64,000 bases of DNA from Octopus vulgaris (lineage: Eukaryota): positions 1,798,001 to 1,862,000 of the forward strand of contig OX597834.1 of the NCBI GenBank assembly GCA_951406725.2. The letters run 5' to 3'. Every line of letters starts with the position of its first letter. Within the stretch, counting starts at the first letter, position 1. The notes below the pieces were generated by a model that worked only from the letters and a program-made list of their open reading frames with translations, ran no database searches and had not been told where the DNA came from. The position numbers were made by a program, and so were the translations under genes. Below, piece by piece: positions 35,542 through 49,955 of the stretch.

Positions 35542-36419
35542 TGGCTCGGGTGTGAAGAGTAAAAACAGTGACACACACACACACACACACTTGTACAGAG
35601 AAGAAAATGGTTGTGGCAATGAGTTAAAATGAAAAACAAAAACAAGAACAAAAAAAGGTGATGGATGAATAGAGAAATGATAGAGAATTTGGTGATTACT
35701 GTTCCGACATTAAAACAGCCATGTTTCGCTCTTGTAGCCATGGTGGTGGTGGTGGTGGTGGCGGCGGCGGTGGTGGTGGTGGCGGCGGCGGTGGTGGTGG
35801 TGGTGGTGGCGGTGGTAAAGGCACAGAGAGTCGTCTTTCTCCATTGCTTTCAAGTTGACTATCTCTGAGCACAACTGGCTGGTTAGTCACTTCAAATCTA
35901 TATAGCTGCTTCTCTGTGTGTGTGTGTGTGTGGGTGTGTACATATATATATGTGTGTGTGTGTGTGTGTCTGTGTGTCACTCACTACTACCTCCACTCAA
36001 CAACACTTCAGGAAAGGAGGATGCACAACTGGTGGAACAGCTAATATGCATAACATTACACACACACACACACACACACACGCATACACACATTGTTATT
36101 GTAACAGTCATACACACACACACACATTATTTTGCAGTTATATACACCCACATGCTTGATTACATGCCCACAAATCTAAACACACACATATAGGTCCCTA
36201 AATACACAGTCACATATGCCCTTACAAACACACACACACACACACATACATGCCCTTACATATCCCAAACACATACATGAGTTCAAATGTGCCCATGCAC
36301 ACACACACACACACACATGCCCTTTCTCTCACATACATATACCCACATATGACCTCATACTCACACACATGCATGTCTTTTCTCACACACATACATATAC
36401 CCTCATATGACCTCATACA

Positions 36420-36570
36420 CATACATACACAGGTCCTTTCTCATACACACACACACATACACAGGTCCTTTCTCATACACACACACACATACACAGGTCC
36501 TTTCTCATACACACACACACACACATACACAGGTCCTTTCTCATACACACACACACACACACACACACAC
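36420..36570. repeat. Compound minisatellite ATACACAGGTCCTTTCTCAT(AC)n, 4 copies
   Basis: Four direct copies separated by variable-length (AC)n. Confidence 0.85.
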
Positions 36571-37700
36571 GCATGTCATCCAATCACACACACAAAATCC
36601 TTCAAGCCAAAACAAGAAAACAATGTGGCCGCCAAGAGTATGGTGAATTATCACCATTATTATTGTAGTGGTGGTGGTGGTGGTGGTGGTAGTAGTAATC
36701 ACAACCATCAATAACAATTGTGTTCTGTAAATCACTAGAAACTAAACAGAACAGAATGAAGACCCTCACTGCAAAAAACAAAGCAAAAATGAAGTGAGAC
36801 GATATTTTTAGTAAGAGCAGCAGCAGCACCACTACCATCATCATCATCATCATACCAGTAACGTTCATCACCACTACCACCACTACTATCACGAAAATAC
36901 CAGAACAGACCATCAGCATCATCATCATCATCATCATCATCATCAACACCATTGTCTATAACCACCGCCATCACCATCTCATTACCAACATCATCAACAT
37001 CATCACTACAACCACCATCATCGCAAATCACTTAAAATTCCTATTATCAATCAGATATATAACCCCAGATAACCCCTAATAATAGGAACCACTTCCAATG
37101 AAGGAGACAATCCTAATTTAAGAGACTGACCCCTCCCTCCAATAATGGGGACAATTTTAATGTAAGAGGGCCAGGGGCTCTTCTCCAATCTGTCCGAAAT
37201 CTCTCCCAAACACTATTTGATGTTGAAAAATGAAGTTTACTTCTACAACCAGACTGGTTGACTGTCCAAACAGTTACTCCTATCTTGACCACAACAACTA
37301 CAGTGACCACTACCGAAACCAACACTCCCCACCAGGAATACCACCACCACTACTACTACCAGTACCACCACAACTAATAAAAAAAATGGATAGTCCTGTA
37401 GTAATTCAACCAAAACAAAAATAGAAATATATATATCTATTATACATATATATATAACTTGCACTAGTTTCAGCTAGGACACCCCCATTAAAAAAAGAAG
37501 TGAGGACTCCCAAAGTGTTGTTGACCACTCCCCTAAGAGGGCATACCTGGTTTCCTTCCCCATAGAATATATGCTTCATACACAATATATATGCATAAGA
37601 CATAAAACATAAATATATGCATGTGCATATGTGTGCATGTGTATGTATACAAATATAAATACACACACATATATATATATTATATATGTATATCTAATAT

Positions 37701-37746
<46 letters not shown>

Positions 37747-38622
37747 TATATAAAGCTGCCTACAAATAGGAAGTTGTGAGTACAGACAGTGAGGTCATCA
37801 GTTTCTGACAAAGTAAACTCTACAAGTATTGAATACTTCACCTCCCGTTGTATATGTGTGTGTGTGTGTACACAATAATAATTCAAAACAGATTTTACCT
37901 GTAATACTAAATATTCTTTTCTACTCTAGACACAAGGCCCAGAATTTTGGGGGAGGGTACACTGGTACTTTGTTTTTCGACCCCCAAAAGGATGAAAGGC
38001 AAAGTCGACCTCGGTGGAATTTGAACTCAAAACATAAAGACAGACGAAATACTGCTAAGCATTTCACCCGGCGTGCTAACCACTCTGCCAGCTTGCTGCC
38101 CTCATAGAGTATATATATATATATATATTTATTTCTTCATTGCCCACAGGGGTCTAAATATAGAGGAGACAGACAAAGGGATTACGTCGATTATATCGAC
38201 TCCAGTGCATAATTCGTACTTATTTAATTGACCCCTAACGGATGAAAAGCAAAGTCAACCTTGGTGGAATTTGAACTCAGAATGTAAAGACAGACGACAT
38301 ACTGCTAAGCATTTCGCCCAGTGTGCTAACGTTTCTGCCAGCCCGTCACCTTTGTAACACTAAATATTGAATAGTGAATATGCATATATGTACACACACA
38401 CACACACAAAGGTTGTCCAGAAAGTTTTACCCAATTTTGCCAAAAGATAGCAACCATTAATTAACCAGCTGCTTTAATTTCACACAACTATACTTAAAAT
38501 AATAACTAATGAGGAACAATTTCAAAAGAATAATTGATTTGCAAACTAAATTAAAATTAACTAATTATATATAGATACTTGGGTGTATGTTTATATAAAT
38601 ATATGATTATGTATATACAGAA

Positions 38623-38653
<31 letters not shown>

Positions 38654-40430
38654 CGTATGTATCTCTCATCATCATTTAACATTCATGTTCCATGCTGGTA
38701 TGGGTTGGACTACAGACATGTGCATATATATTTATATATGTGTGTGTATGCATGTATGTGTGTGTGCCTGTATTTAATCTAATGCCTTCTGTATAAGCCT
38801 AATCTAACAGTATATATGACAGTAGAATGTAAGCAATTGGTTAACTATCTGAGAATTAAGAAAAGCAACCTGAATATGGAACCATGTAAATATTTTCTGA
38901 TATTACAACATATATATATATATACATATATATATACACCATATATTATCATATATATATATATATACACCATATATTATCATATATATATATATATACA
39001 CCATATATTATCATATATATATATTAAGATGGTTTTTATCATTCTATAAGTAAATATTAACCGAGGGCTTTAAATAAAGTATTTTTTTAACAAATATTTT
39101 TTTAATATTTTGCTCCAGTTGCAATTCATGATTAGAGAATAGATACATACCTCTCTCTATCTGTCTATATTATACACACACACACACACATTATAGAAAC
39201 CACAAAAAAGCAAAAGATTTTCAAGAAACCAATTTCTTCTTAAATTCTTCATTTCTATAGCAAAAGAAAAGATGAAAAAATTTAAATATGTATAAGCGTA
39301 CGTTGTGCATGTGTGTGTGTGTGTGTGTGTGACCCAAAGACTGAGTGCACCTATGTGTATATATATAGCATGTCTCTAGTTGGCTCTCTTTCCAAATAAT
39401 CAACAAATGTCACCAAATGGATTTTATACACACAGACATAAAGGTTTGAAACTAGTTGAAAACCTTAGCTATACACACAAATATCAGATGACACAGACAC
39501 ACATATACACACACATTACTCTATACACATATAGAAATATTTAAATGTGCATGAGTGTGTGGGGGGGGTGAGAGAGAGAGAATACACACATCAGGCCATA
39601 CACACTCGTACAAGTATCAAGCCATCTCCTGTTTGTTTATTCCACCAAACAAGGATGCAGAGAAAGGATTGGATGTCTGGAGTGAACAGAAAGAATGTTA
39701 AATACAGTTGTTAAAGAATCTACCACAAGAGAACTCAAAGACCAAGTCTTCAGCAACAAGCCTGTGCTTATAAACATAAGAGAATCCAAGGGAGGGGAAA
39801 ATAGTTATCAAAGCTAAAATTTAATCAGACAATGAAGGATATTCCCAAAAGATTTTTAAAAGTTCCACCATGGACTTACATTATTCCTCGGGGGGAGGGG
39901 GGTATGTGGTGGCGGTGATGCAGTAATGAGGGTTGAAGAGAAACTAAAACAAAAGCAGGTGGAAAGTGGACATTAAGATAATTAACTTCATCATTACACT
40001 TTCTTACTGTATACACACACATGTGCGCACGCACTTGCATGCTTGATGCAACTGTCTTGACTCAACCAAGACAGTCACCACTTTGTAAATGGACACGGTT
40101 TTCAGTGGTTAACAAGAAGCTGCACCATATTTAATGCAGGCATACATGTATGTATGTGTGTGAGAGAGTGTGTGCCTGTGTATGTGTGCATGAGAATAGA
40201 GGCTGTGAGTGTATATGTGTGTGAGAGTGTCTATATATAATATATATGCTGGTGCGTGTGCGTATGCATACAGAGATGCAAATTGACATGGCTGTATGTA
40301 CATGCAAACCAGTCAATATTGTTATACACACTTGTTAAATACGTTTGCACTAGATTATATATGCTAGTTAATACACTAGTAGTATTGTATATATCTATTA
40401 GTCACTAGAAAATATATCAGCAGTAGGCTA

Positions 40431-40485
<55 letters not shown>

Positions 40486-40515
40486 TCATCATCATCGTTT
40501 AGCGTCCGTTTATAC

Positions 40516-40576
<61 letters not shown>

Positions 40577-41160
40577 CATGTGTCTGTGTATAAATATATA
40601 TGTGTGTGTGTAGAAAACTTTAGATAGGCAGATAGATAGATAAAACTATATATACTAGCTAATATATTTTAGGTTTTTGTAACTTTCCTTCCAAAGGTCA
40701 AACAGTCAAAGCCTCCTCAAAGTGGACATTTCAGTTGAGAAATAACAGCCAAATCTGTTTCAAATTGCACCGTACTATTTTAAAGATGGACAGGAAATAT
40801 TAAGTAACATAATTTAAGCTACACATAAGGCAGGATGGTCACGGTTAAATTGATATCTTCGATCATGTTTGCTCAATGAGTGACTGACGTGGGACAAGAG
40901 ACAACCAATCCATAGGGGTTGGCTAAATGGGTGAAAAAAATTATTTAATTGAAATGGAAAAGATTTGAACCTTTCAGAATAGAATAAAACATTGTTGGAG
41001 TGACGGACAGAGCTAAAATTTGAAGGTGGGGTGAAGACTTAGGCTGTAGGGGCCAAGAAATGTATAAAAGAGAGGGAAATTGGTAAAGATCAGTAGAGAA
41101 CCAGCCTTAGTGAAAAGACCTGACGACTTTTTGCTTTTGGAACAAGCTCAAAATATCAAT

Positions 41161-41216
<56 letters not shown>

Positions 41217-41599
41217 TTATTATTGTAAAAACAATTCTGTATCAAATATTTTAATTTGGATATTACAGAAAGCCTCTACTGCAAAAATTAGGAGCATTTT
41301 TTTTTTACTTTCATATATATATATACTATATAATATATATGCGCAGGCACGCATCTGTTGTTTTTCTGAGCAAGATACCAAAGAATAAAAAAATATACGC
41401 AATGAAGAATTTTTATTTTCACACTGCATACTGATCGAAAATGTGTATGTAATATATATATATATATGAACAACCATGTATGTATATGTGTATGTAACAA
41501 ATGACATTATAAAGTTCCTAGCATTTGTTAAATACAAGTGGAATGGCATGAGCAACGAAGGAAAGGTCTATGAAAAGAGAGAATATCTCATTTGCAGAG

Positions 41600-41770
41600 C
41601 TAAGAAAGGGTTAAGGTATTCGCTCTCTCAGCAGCTGGATTGCTGTCGTCAACAAAACAGTGCCAGAGAGACTGAGAGGGGGGGAGAAAACGGCGGCCAT
41701 GTTGAAATCACCCAAGCTGACTGGCTACACACTATAAATATATAACATTATATATAGACATATCGACACC
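41600..41770 (-). promoter_or_regulatory. Candidate promoter / first-exon region of EHMT
   Basis: Unique, locally CpG-retaining sequence with a YY1-type AACATGGCCGCC motif (41692-41703, minus strand) followed by a pyrimidine-rich leader-like tract; no strong splice donor identified. Confidence 0.35.
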
Positions 41771-42105
41771 GCATTAAGTTATTTAACATAAAATTTCCAT
41801 GTGCTTATATATATACCTTTGAAAGAAAATAAATTATCAATGCTATTATTAATTGTAATATATATTCAGAATAGAATAAGAGAAGGTGTTAGTGATCATG
41901 GTGGTGGTGGTGGTACTTTGTAGGTCTTTTGGACAATTCTCTGTATTTTAAGTTTTTACAATTCTGACTGGAATTTAGAAAAACAATTTTTTTTTACAAA
42001 TATCGATTAACAATGAGAATAAACATTTTTTAAACTACCTTGAACTATCTACCTCTAAACTCGTACATACGCCTCACACACACATATATATACATATATA
42101 TATAC

Positions 42106-42157
<52 letters not shown>

Positions 42158-42263
42158 ATAGACACACGCGTACACAAAGAAGCAAATACACAAGGTTTCA
42201 CGAAGTTACTGAGAAGACTATGTGGTACAGGTCGTTTCTAAGTGTATATAGATAAAATATATA

Positions 42264-42311
<48 letters not shown>

Positions 42312-43517
42312 CATACATTATGCAGATAAATAGATAGGAATGTATTTTTCGTCTTATCCTAAATTAATAATCCAAACTAAATTTTATTAAAATACGTTTC
42401 TAATTATTTACTTTCCAAAAGAACTGAGGGAAACAAACTCCAGAAGCATGAAATATTCTAAAATATACTAAGCTACAAAAGTAATGGAGCAGATATAGGA
42501 AAGAAAAGAACTGAGAAAAAATATCACTTGGTGAAATATTTTAATGTGAAAACAAACAGCAAATACGGGAGGGAAGACGGGCGAGAAAAGCAATGGAGGA
42601 GAGTAGGTCACACACCGCCGCCGCCGCCATTACTGCTAGCAGTGAACTATAATATGCATTTCATTCATACATTTTATACACCACACGTGTGTGTGTGTGT
42701 GTGTATGTATATATATTATATACATGTATATATATATATACATATATATAACTTGTATGAATTCCATTTGGTGGCTGGTCTATTTTATTAGCTGGTTTAT
42801 ATTTTTTGAGCATCCCGTCTTTATTTGCCGTAACATCTCCATGCCCCAACCTTCAATAGATGAAGACGTTAATAATAATAATTAATTCTTTTATTGGCCA
42901 CAAGGGCTAACAAAAACAACATCAACTTACAAAACAGGACGATATAAAGGGTTTTAGAACGGGTAAATGAAATAAAGAAAAAAAACAAATAAAACTCCTA
43001 ATAGGGGAGGTGCTTTAAGGCTACTCGTGGAAACCCCACAAAAGCCACGGGTGCCTGACCAACAGGGCCCAGAGCCCTTTTATCTATTTATTTTTTCATA
43101 GGAGTATACTCAGAATTGGTTCTTTCACACTGACCATTTTCTCAATAATAATAATAGTAGTAGTAGTAGTAGTAGTTGTTGTTGTTGTTGGTTTATTTCT
43201 CCACAAATCATTGATTATTATTAATGATTAATCATAACGACTTCTTGATGACTTATTTTGTGTGTGAGTTCGAGAAATAAGGAAAGAGTACAATATAAAG
43301 TACGTGACGTGACCTTCGTAATTGTTGCCTGGTTAGCATTCAATGGCGAAAGCGTAGCGGTTGGCTTCCAATGAGGGAATAGTATAATAATGCCTAATAC
43401 ATAAGCTGTAACCACTTTTTATATATAGAGATATATACTTATAATACATGCACACACACAATATACAGATACATACACACAATTGGAAAACCACTAGGAT
43501 GAGGGCTCATGTGTGTG

Positions 43518-43559
<42 letters not shown>

Positions 43560-44212
43560 CATATGCCACCTCTTATTGTAATCACTTTGGAACGAGGGCT
43601 TTTCGATAACAAAAAACGGCTAATAATAAAGCTAAAATGTTAGAGACCCACAAACTCTGATCATAAGCGTCTTCTATTATTAGCACCATATTTATAAGTT
43701 CTGGTGCGTGACCGAAGACGGTGTCTTCTTCTTCAAATGTGTTTATATAGCTGGCAAATATATTTCATTACAGACCCTTCTTGAAAGATAACAGCCATTC
43801 CTACCAATATCTAATGTCTTTTTTTTTTCACTGGGTCTTCGGCCATGTTGAGGCAATTCTATCTTAAAAAGCTTTCAAGACAATGGTTCAATGTGGTACC
43901 TAGAAATTGCTAGAAATAGCAGCTAAAGTTTCCTCAAATCCCATTCCACCATTAAAAAAATTCAGAACACATTGCATAATATGGTCCTGGTTTCTCAGTT
44001 TGCCGGAAATAGACAAAATGGCCACGGGTGGAGTGACTAATTGTTCTGCTCGATTAGGATTGACCTGGTGTTAAATGACGACATAAAGATGTGCGTGGGT
44101 GCCTGTATGTGTGCGTACATGTCAAATATATAGACATAAACTATTTAGCATTAAACCGAATTGCTCAATAGTTTTAATATAATACACAGTAAGCTTTTAC
44201 AAGGTAAAGGTT

Positions 44213-44259
44213 GACAGTGACTTCGAAGTTTCGGCTTGTTTCGCCTTCGTCAGATTGTC
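44213..44259 (-). ncRNA. Type I minimal hammerhead ribozyme motif
   Basis: Minus strand GACAAU-CUGACGA-A-GGC(GAAACAA)GCC-GAAAC-UUCGAA-GUC^ACUGUC: complete catalytic core, 3-bp helix II, palindromic helix III, helix I with 5 of 6 pairs. Confidence 0.75.
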
Positions 44260-44515
44260 TGTGCGTGTGTGTGTCTGTATAAATGCGTACATACACACAA
44301 ATACTATTTTATAGACATTACTCTGTTGCTACTCTGAGTTACACACACACACATGCATACGCAATGCAGTTTTATTCATATCCACCACGAGGTGGATAAC
44401 GCCAGACGTAATCCTCCTACACACACACTGCAGTTATTCAACATGTCCACCACCCTGATCAATCAGGTCAAAGGTCATGGGCCTTTTCCTCTCGACAAAA
44501 CTTCCATATACGTAT

Positions 44516-44554
<39 letters not shown>

Positions 44555-46865
44555 ATCAGCTTAGACACACGCATATCTCGGTATTCTATGTCCGCATACA
44601 TATACGACAGCCGACACGTATACACACCAATAAACACGGCCTCCAAAAGCCTACTGAATGTGAATCGACAGTTCTGTGGAAACATGGAACAGTGGCACAT
44701 AACACACACAAACAAACATATACACACGCACAAATATTTAACGCATGTAAGCCTTCGTTCCAAAGTGATTATCACAGCCAATTACATTGTATGTGTACGC
44801 GTATTATATATACACACACACGATTAAACGATAAAACCTACACGTGTGTCTGTGTTATATACATACATATATATATACATAACGCGCTCCTGTCCCTTCC
44901 AGTCCTGCATGGATGCATTTCGTTCTAAACAAGAACCTTTAGATTAAGGTCGCCCGTAAACATTCACTCCCTCATATTCTACACACTGCCTTCCTTAGCT
45001 TTTACACAGGCAAAAAGAAAACAAAATGACTAATTTACTGGTAGCCGTAGTTTAGTCTTTGCCGTTGCTACTGTTGGCTGACTTGGTTGGAGCGACGGTT
45101 AGAAAGGGTGCCAAGGAACGGGAAGGCAGGTGTGGCTATGCGGTGAAGAAGCTTGCCTACAAACCGTGCGGTCTTGGGTTCAGTCGTCACAATGCACAGC
45201 ACCTAGGGCAAATATCTTCTATTACTATTAAAACCTTGGGTCGACCCAAAAATAATAAAGAACACTGTGAGGCAGACGGAAAGTGAAAGAAGCTCGTCGA
45301 GTCTATGAAAATATGTGTGTGTGCACGTGCGGTCGTTAGTACCTCACCACTGCTTGATAACTGGTATTGGTTTGTTTACGTCCCCGTATTCTAGCGGTTC
45401 AGCAAGAGTTGCCGATAGAATAAATACCGGGGTCAATCTGTTCGACTAAACCCTTCAAGGCAATACCCCAGCATGGCCGCTGTACAATAACTGGGAAAAG
45501 GCAGAGATAAAACCTTCGCTTTCAGGGAGGAAATACGTATAAGAAACCCTTTTATTAGTAGTATTGATATGAATAAACTATAATCATGAGTTGTGACTCT
45601 TCTGCGAAAATTTCGGTTAAACTTTGCCTATTTTATCCTTGATTAATAACTCACAAGTGTTCATTAAGTTAATCCCCTCTTGGGGCCTTTTTATAACAGT
45701 GTAAGTTAGTTGTTGGCTTTGTAAGGTTTAAGGAAAAGGCAACATTTTCTCTCAGAGAGAATATGAAGATTACGAGTAAGAGATGTCAAATGTTTTCTAA
45801 GAATGGTTCCTTAAATTAGGGGGAAAGGGCTAAATGAGGCGGGAGGGGGGCTCATGATATTAATGAGTTTTGGTAATTTGTGACATGGGTTAAGTACCAA
45901 GTGGTATTGGAATCTTCGTCCCAAAGTCAGACAGACGCAGATGGAAACGCAATCTGACATTTTCATTTGTTTAAAAGCGGAGGTCGTGATGTTCATGCCA
46001 TAAGCATACTTTAAGAATATGATGTCATTTCTAAACATATTTCGTCATTGATATACAAGACTGCTACATTTGTGTGTATATAAATTGAATATATATATAT
46101 ATAAAGTAAGAGGAGGGATATGCTATAGAGGCAGATATGGAATTCCTGTGAGTAATATGCCAAGGCTGGGTCCTTCGGATGTGGGGCGCTTTTTGGTAAT
46201 CTAACTGGAAATAAACATAAAGCTTGAATGTTCAAATTCTTCATTCTCATTATATATATATATTCTTGTATTTGTTTCAGTCATTAGGCAGCGGCCACGT
46301 TGGGGCAGTGCCTTGAAGAGTTTTAGTCGAACGAATCGACCTTAGTATTTTTTTTAAAGCCTGGTACTTATTCTATCGGTTTCTTTAGCTGACAGCTAAG
46401 TTACGGCCGAACACACACACACATATATGTATGTATGTACGTATATATATATAAATTAATGGATTAAAACTGACCTACATCTGCATGCAAGCAACTATAA
46501 ATACAATATTTTTTTCACAAAAGCTTGCCAGTTACTTCGAAGTTTCCGTTTCGTCTCTAACACACATTGTTGACACATAAACACACACACACACAATTCC
46601 GAGAGCGACTGTGTTCAAGTTTTTCATATTTATTTCTTATTTATTCTTAATTTCTTAATGTGTTGTTATGTTTAATATGGAATGGTAGCCCCATTCACAA
46701 TGGTCCTCGGTATGTAAGACCTTCTACCTCGTCTTCAGAATAAAGGCTAAGGCGGTCTTAAAATATGAACTCCACGACATCAAAGCTCCAAACCAAACAA
46801 AGAAATAACAAAAGAGAATATCAGATTAAAATACATCCTTAAAACATTTGAACGCAAAGTACTTT

Positions 46866-46867
<2 letters not shown>

Positions 46868-46932
<65 letters not shown>

Positions 46933-47170
46933 TATACATATATATATACATATATATATATACATATATATATATACATATATATATACACATATATATA
47001 CATATATATATACATATATATATACATATATATATACATATATATATATATATACATATATATAATATATATATATATACATATATATATATAATATATA
47101 TACATATACATATATATACATACATATACATATATACATATATATATACATATATATATAATATATATAC

Positions 47171-47256
<86 letters not shown>

Positions 47257-47332
47257 CATACATACACACACATACGTATATGCATCCATACTTAGGAGCA
47301 GGGTTAACATTACCTAGCATTTAATTATTTAT

Positions 47333-47395
<63 letters not shown>
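46868..47395. repeat. Long (TA)n/(TACA) microsatellite; many shorter (TA)n, (CA)n and (GAT)n tracts throughout the window
   Basis: Directly visible; these tracts generate the YIYI/HTHT ORFs in the ORF track. Confidence 0.97.
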
Positions 47396-47398
<3 letters not shown>

Positions 47399-48108
47399 GC
47401 ACAATTAATATAAAATAAATCCGGATAATATATTTGTTCCGTAAAAGTACAGAGTCTGAAATAAAAGCAAGTACGACAAAAGGCAGGAAAATACATGAAG
47501 AAATTTATTTTTTAAACAAAAAGAAAACGAAAATTTTTAAATGGCCGCAGATCAAGGTTTGAGTAGAGCTCTGGTATACTTTAGAATATTTCTTTAAACA
47601 AAGCATTCGGATTACTATGAAGTGTCGGAGCTAGTTTAAAATGCAGGTTTGATATCTGTGTTTGAACAGTCTTACAACGGAGGACTTTCAAAATCTGGTT
47701 CAATATGACACCTTTTCTCACTCTCACCTAACACCCTTTCGGGGACCTCATTAGCATAACTGTCACAAATTAACATAAAATAAATCAAACCGAAAATTTT
47801 TTTTCTTTTATTAATTTTTATAATTTCTGAAATGTCCGTAAATATATATACAGAACAGAACAAATTTGAATAAAAAGTCCTTGAAATAATAAAAATAATA
47901 ATATTTCTAGGAACGAAATGAGAGGACTTCGAAATAAAAGAAATGAGCGAGAAACAGAAGGTTGATAGTGGTAGAGACAAGCTGTTATCAAGCAAGCTAA
48001 ACATGGCTTCCACTAATATTTGCCGTCGTTTTCACAACAGCTTCAAATATCTGTTCTAGTCAGTGACTCACGCACGCACGCACACACACATATATATATG
48101 TGGTTGTA

Positions 48109-48160
<52 letters not shown>

Positions 48161-48844
48161 GAGGCACATCTAGATATTGTCTATCCCATTTTGCTGGTTT
48201 TTAGGGCCTTTTATTAACTTAGAGCCCATCTGAATATGAATTGGTCAGAGTGTTGTTATGTGAAATATTTCAAATTACAGAAAGAAATAGTTCACAAGAC
48301 ACAGTGCAAGACATCATGCACAACAGGAAGCTTCTTTGGTGGTCGCTGAACCAACTAGAAATAACAGCTAAATAGCCTTCAAATTACACCTGTAACGTCT
48401 TAAAATGGAAACAACACATTGTAAAATATAGTTTTAGATGGAATACGTTTAAAAGAAAAGAAACATGATGGGTGCAGCTGCAATGCCTTTGATTATAAAT
48501 CGTCTTGATCATGGAAGACCTAGGGTTAAACAAGCCAAGACATTTCAGAAAGCTTGAACACACTATACACATACTAGTGTTACCATCACACACACATACA
48601 ATAATGATGCCGTTACACACAAACACACTGGTGAAACCATTACACACACTCACACACAAATGGTACTATTTATACACACACACACACACACAAAGCTATC
48701 AATAATAATCACAACTATCTTGTTTATAATATTAACCAGTAACAGTCAATGGAGATAGTGTACTGGGCAATTACTAACATAGTAAAATAAAGTTATCGTT
48801 TCTCTTTTTATTAAGATTTAATACAATTTTTCTGGAGATTGGAA

Positions 48845-49082
48845 GAAATAAAACAAGATGGCCGTGGAAAAGCAGCAGTAGCGGTGATGTGGGGAGGAGG
48901 AGGAGGTGGTGGAGTATAGCGATTGTAAGGCAAAGACGGTGGTGGTGGTGGTAACGGTGGATAGAACAAGAGAAGCGGTGGCGGAGGCAGCTGAACCAGC
49001 AGCGGCGACGGTGGTGAAATAACATAGTGACTGTAAGGCGATAGTGGTGATGGCGGTGACAGCAACAGTAGCAGGCAGTGTG

Positions 49083-49138
<56 letters not shown>

Positions 49139-49240
49139 ATACACACACTGCTAAGTGCTCGAAACACTAGGCACTGCACCATACTCTCTCTCTCACCGTA
49201 TGTGTGTGTATAGCGGTGCGCGCGCGCGTGTCTATCTTAC
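48845..49240. promoter_or_regulatory. Second CpG-rich promoter-like segment
   Basis: AAGATGGCCG YY1-like motif (~48855), GCG/GGT-rich tract and a (CG)n run at ~49218-49228 in an otherwise CpG-poor background. Confidence 0.3.
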
Positions 49241-49739
49241 TACATACACGTTGATCTCTCTCTCACCAATGTGTGATAGAGAGAGATCAATGAAGGTTAC
49301 ACAAAGACAACGTTTACGGTTCCAGTGAGTTACACCAACTTCAATCACTTCAAGTCACTATTTTATTGGGAGGAATCACTTATGTCAAGCAGACAGACCT
49401 TCAAATCAAAGCTCTCCCGACCATGACCACCCAGTGTTACTTTCATTTGCCCACCTCGACAGAGTTGACATTATTTTGGTTAACGACTCGGTCAGATGGA
49501 CAAACGCAACAGCTATGTACCCTCCCTGGGGCTTCAAGTCTGGAGTTCTCAGAGCAGACACTTTGACACCCTGAATGCTTCTAAGAAGGTGGGACTCCGC
49601 TAAAAACACCCGAACGTTCCTTCAATATTGGTCTCTGGAACAATATCGAAGGACCCTCAACATACCAAAGACCTGCACCTTTTTCCAGTTCTTGCAGCCC
49701 CATTTTATTTTGCCACTAGGAACCATTCATATATCCTTT

Positions 49740-49955
49740 TTTTTATACTCTAGGCACAAGGCCCGAAGTTTTGGGGGAGGGGACCAGTCGATTAGACCGA
49801 CCCCAGTACGCAACTGGTACTTAATTTATCGACCCCGAAAGGATGAAAGGCAAAGTCAACCTTGACGGAATTTGAACTCACAACGTAAAGACAGACGAAC
49901 TACCGCTAAGTATTTCGCCCAGCGCGCTAACGTTTCTGCCAGCTCGCCACCTTTA
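49740..49955 (-). mobile_element. Abundant tRNA-derived SINE (representative copy; other copies near 1-610, 5110-5555, 28760-28970, 31370-32200, 37920-38355, 51590-51900, 52180-52385, 53290-53500, 62040-62240, 63020-63200)
   Basis: Shared ~200-bp sequence GGCGAGCTGGCAGAA..TTAGC..GAGTTCAAATTCCG..GTCGACTTTGCCTTTCATCCTTTCGGGGTCGATAAA..AGTACCAG with A/B-box-like heads. Confidence 0.85.

Noticed and set aside
46780-47324. Long YIYI/IYIY ORFs here and throughout 32-51 kb
   Set aside because: Translations of (TA)n/(CA)n microsatellites.
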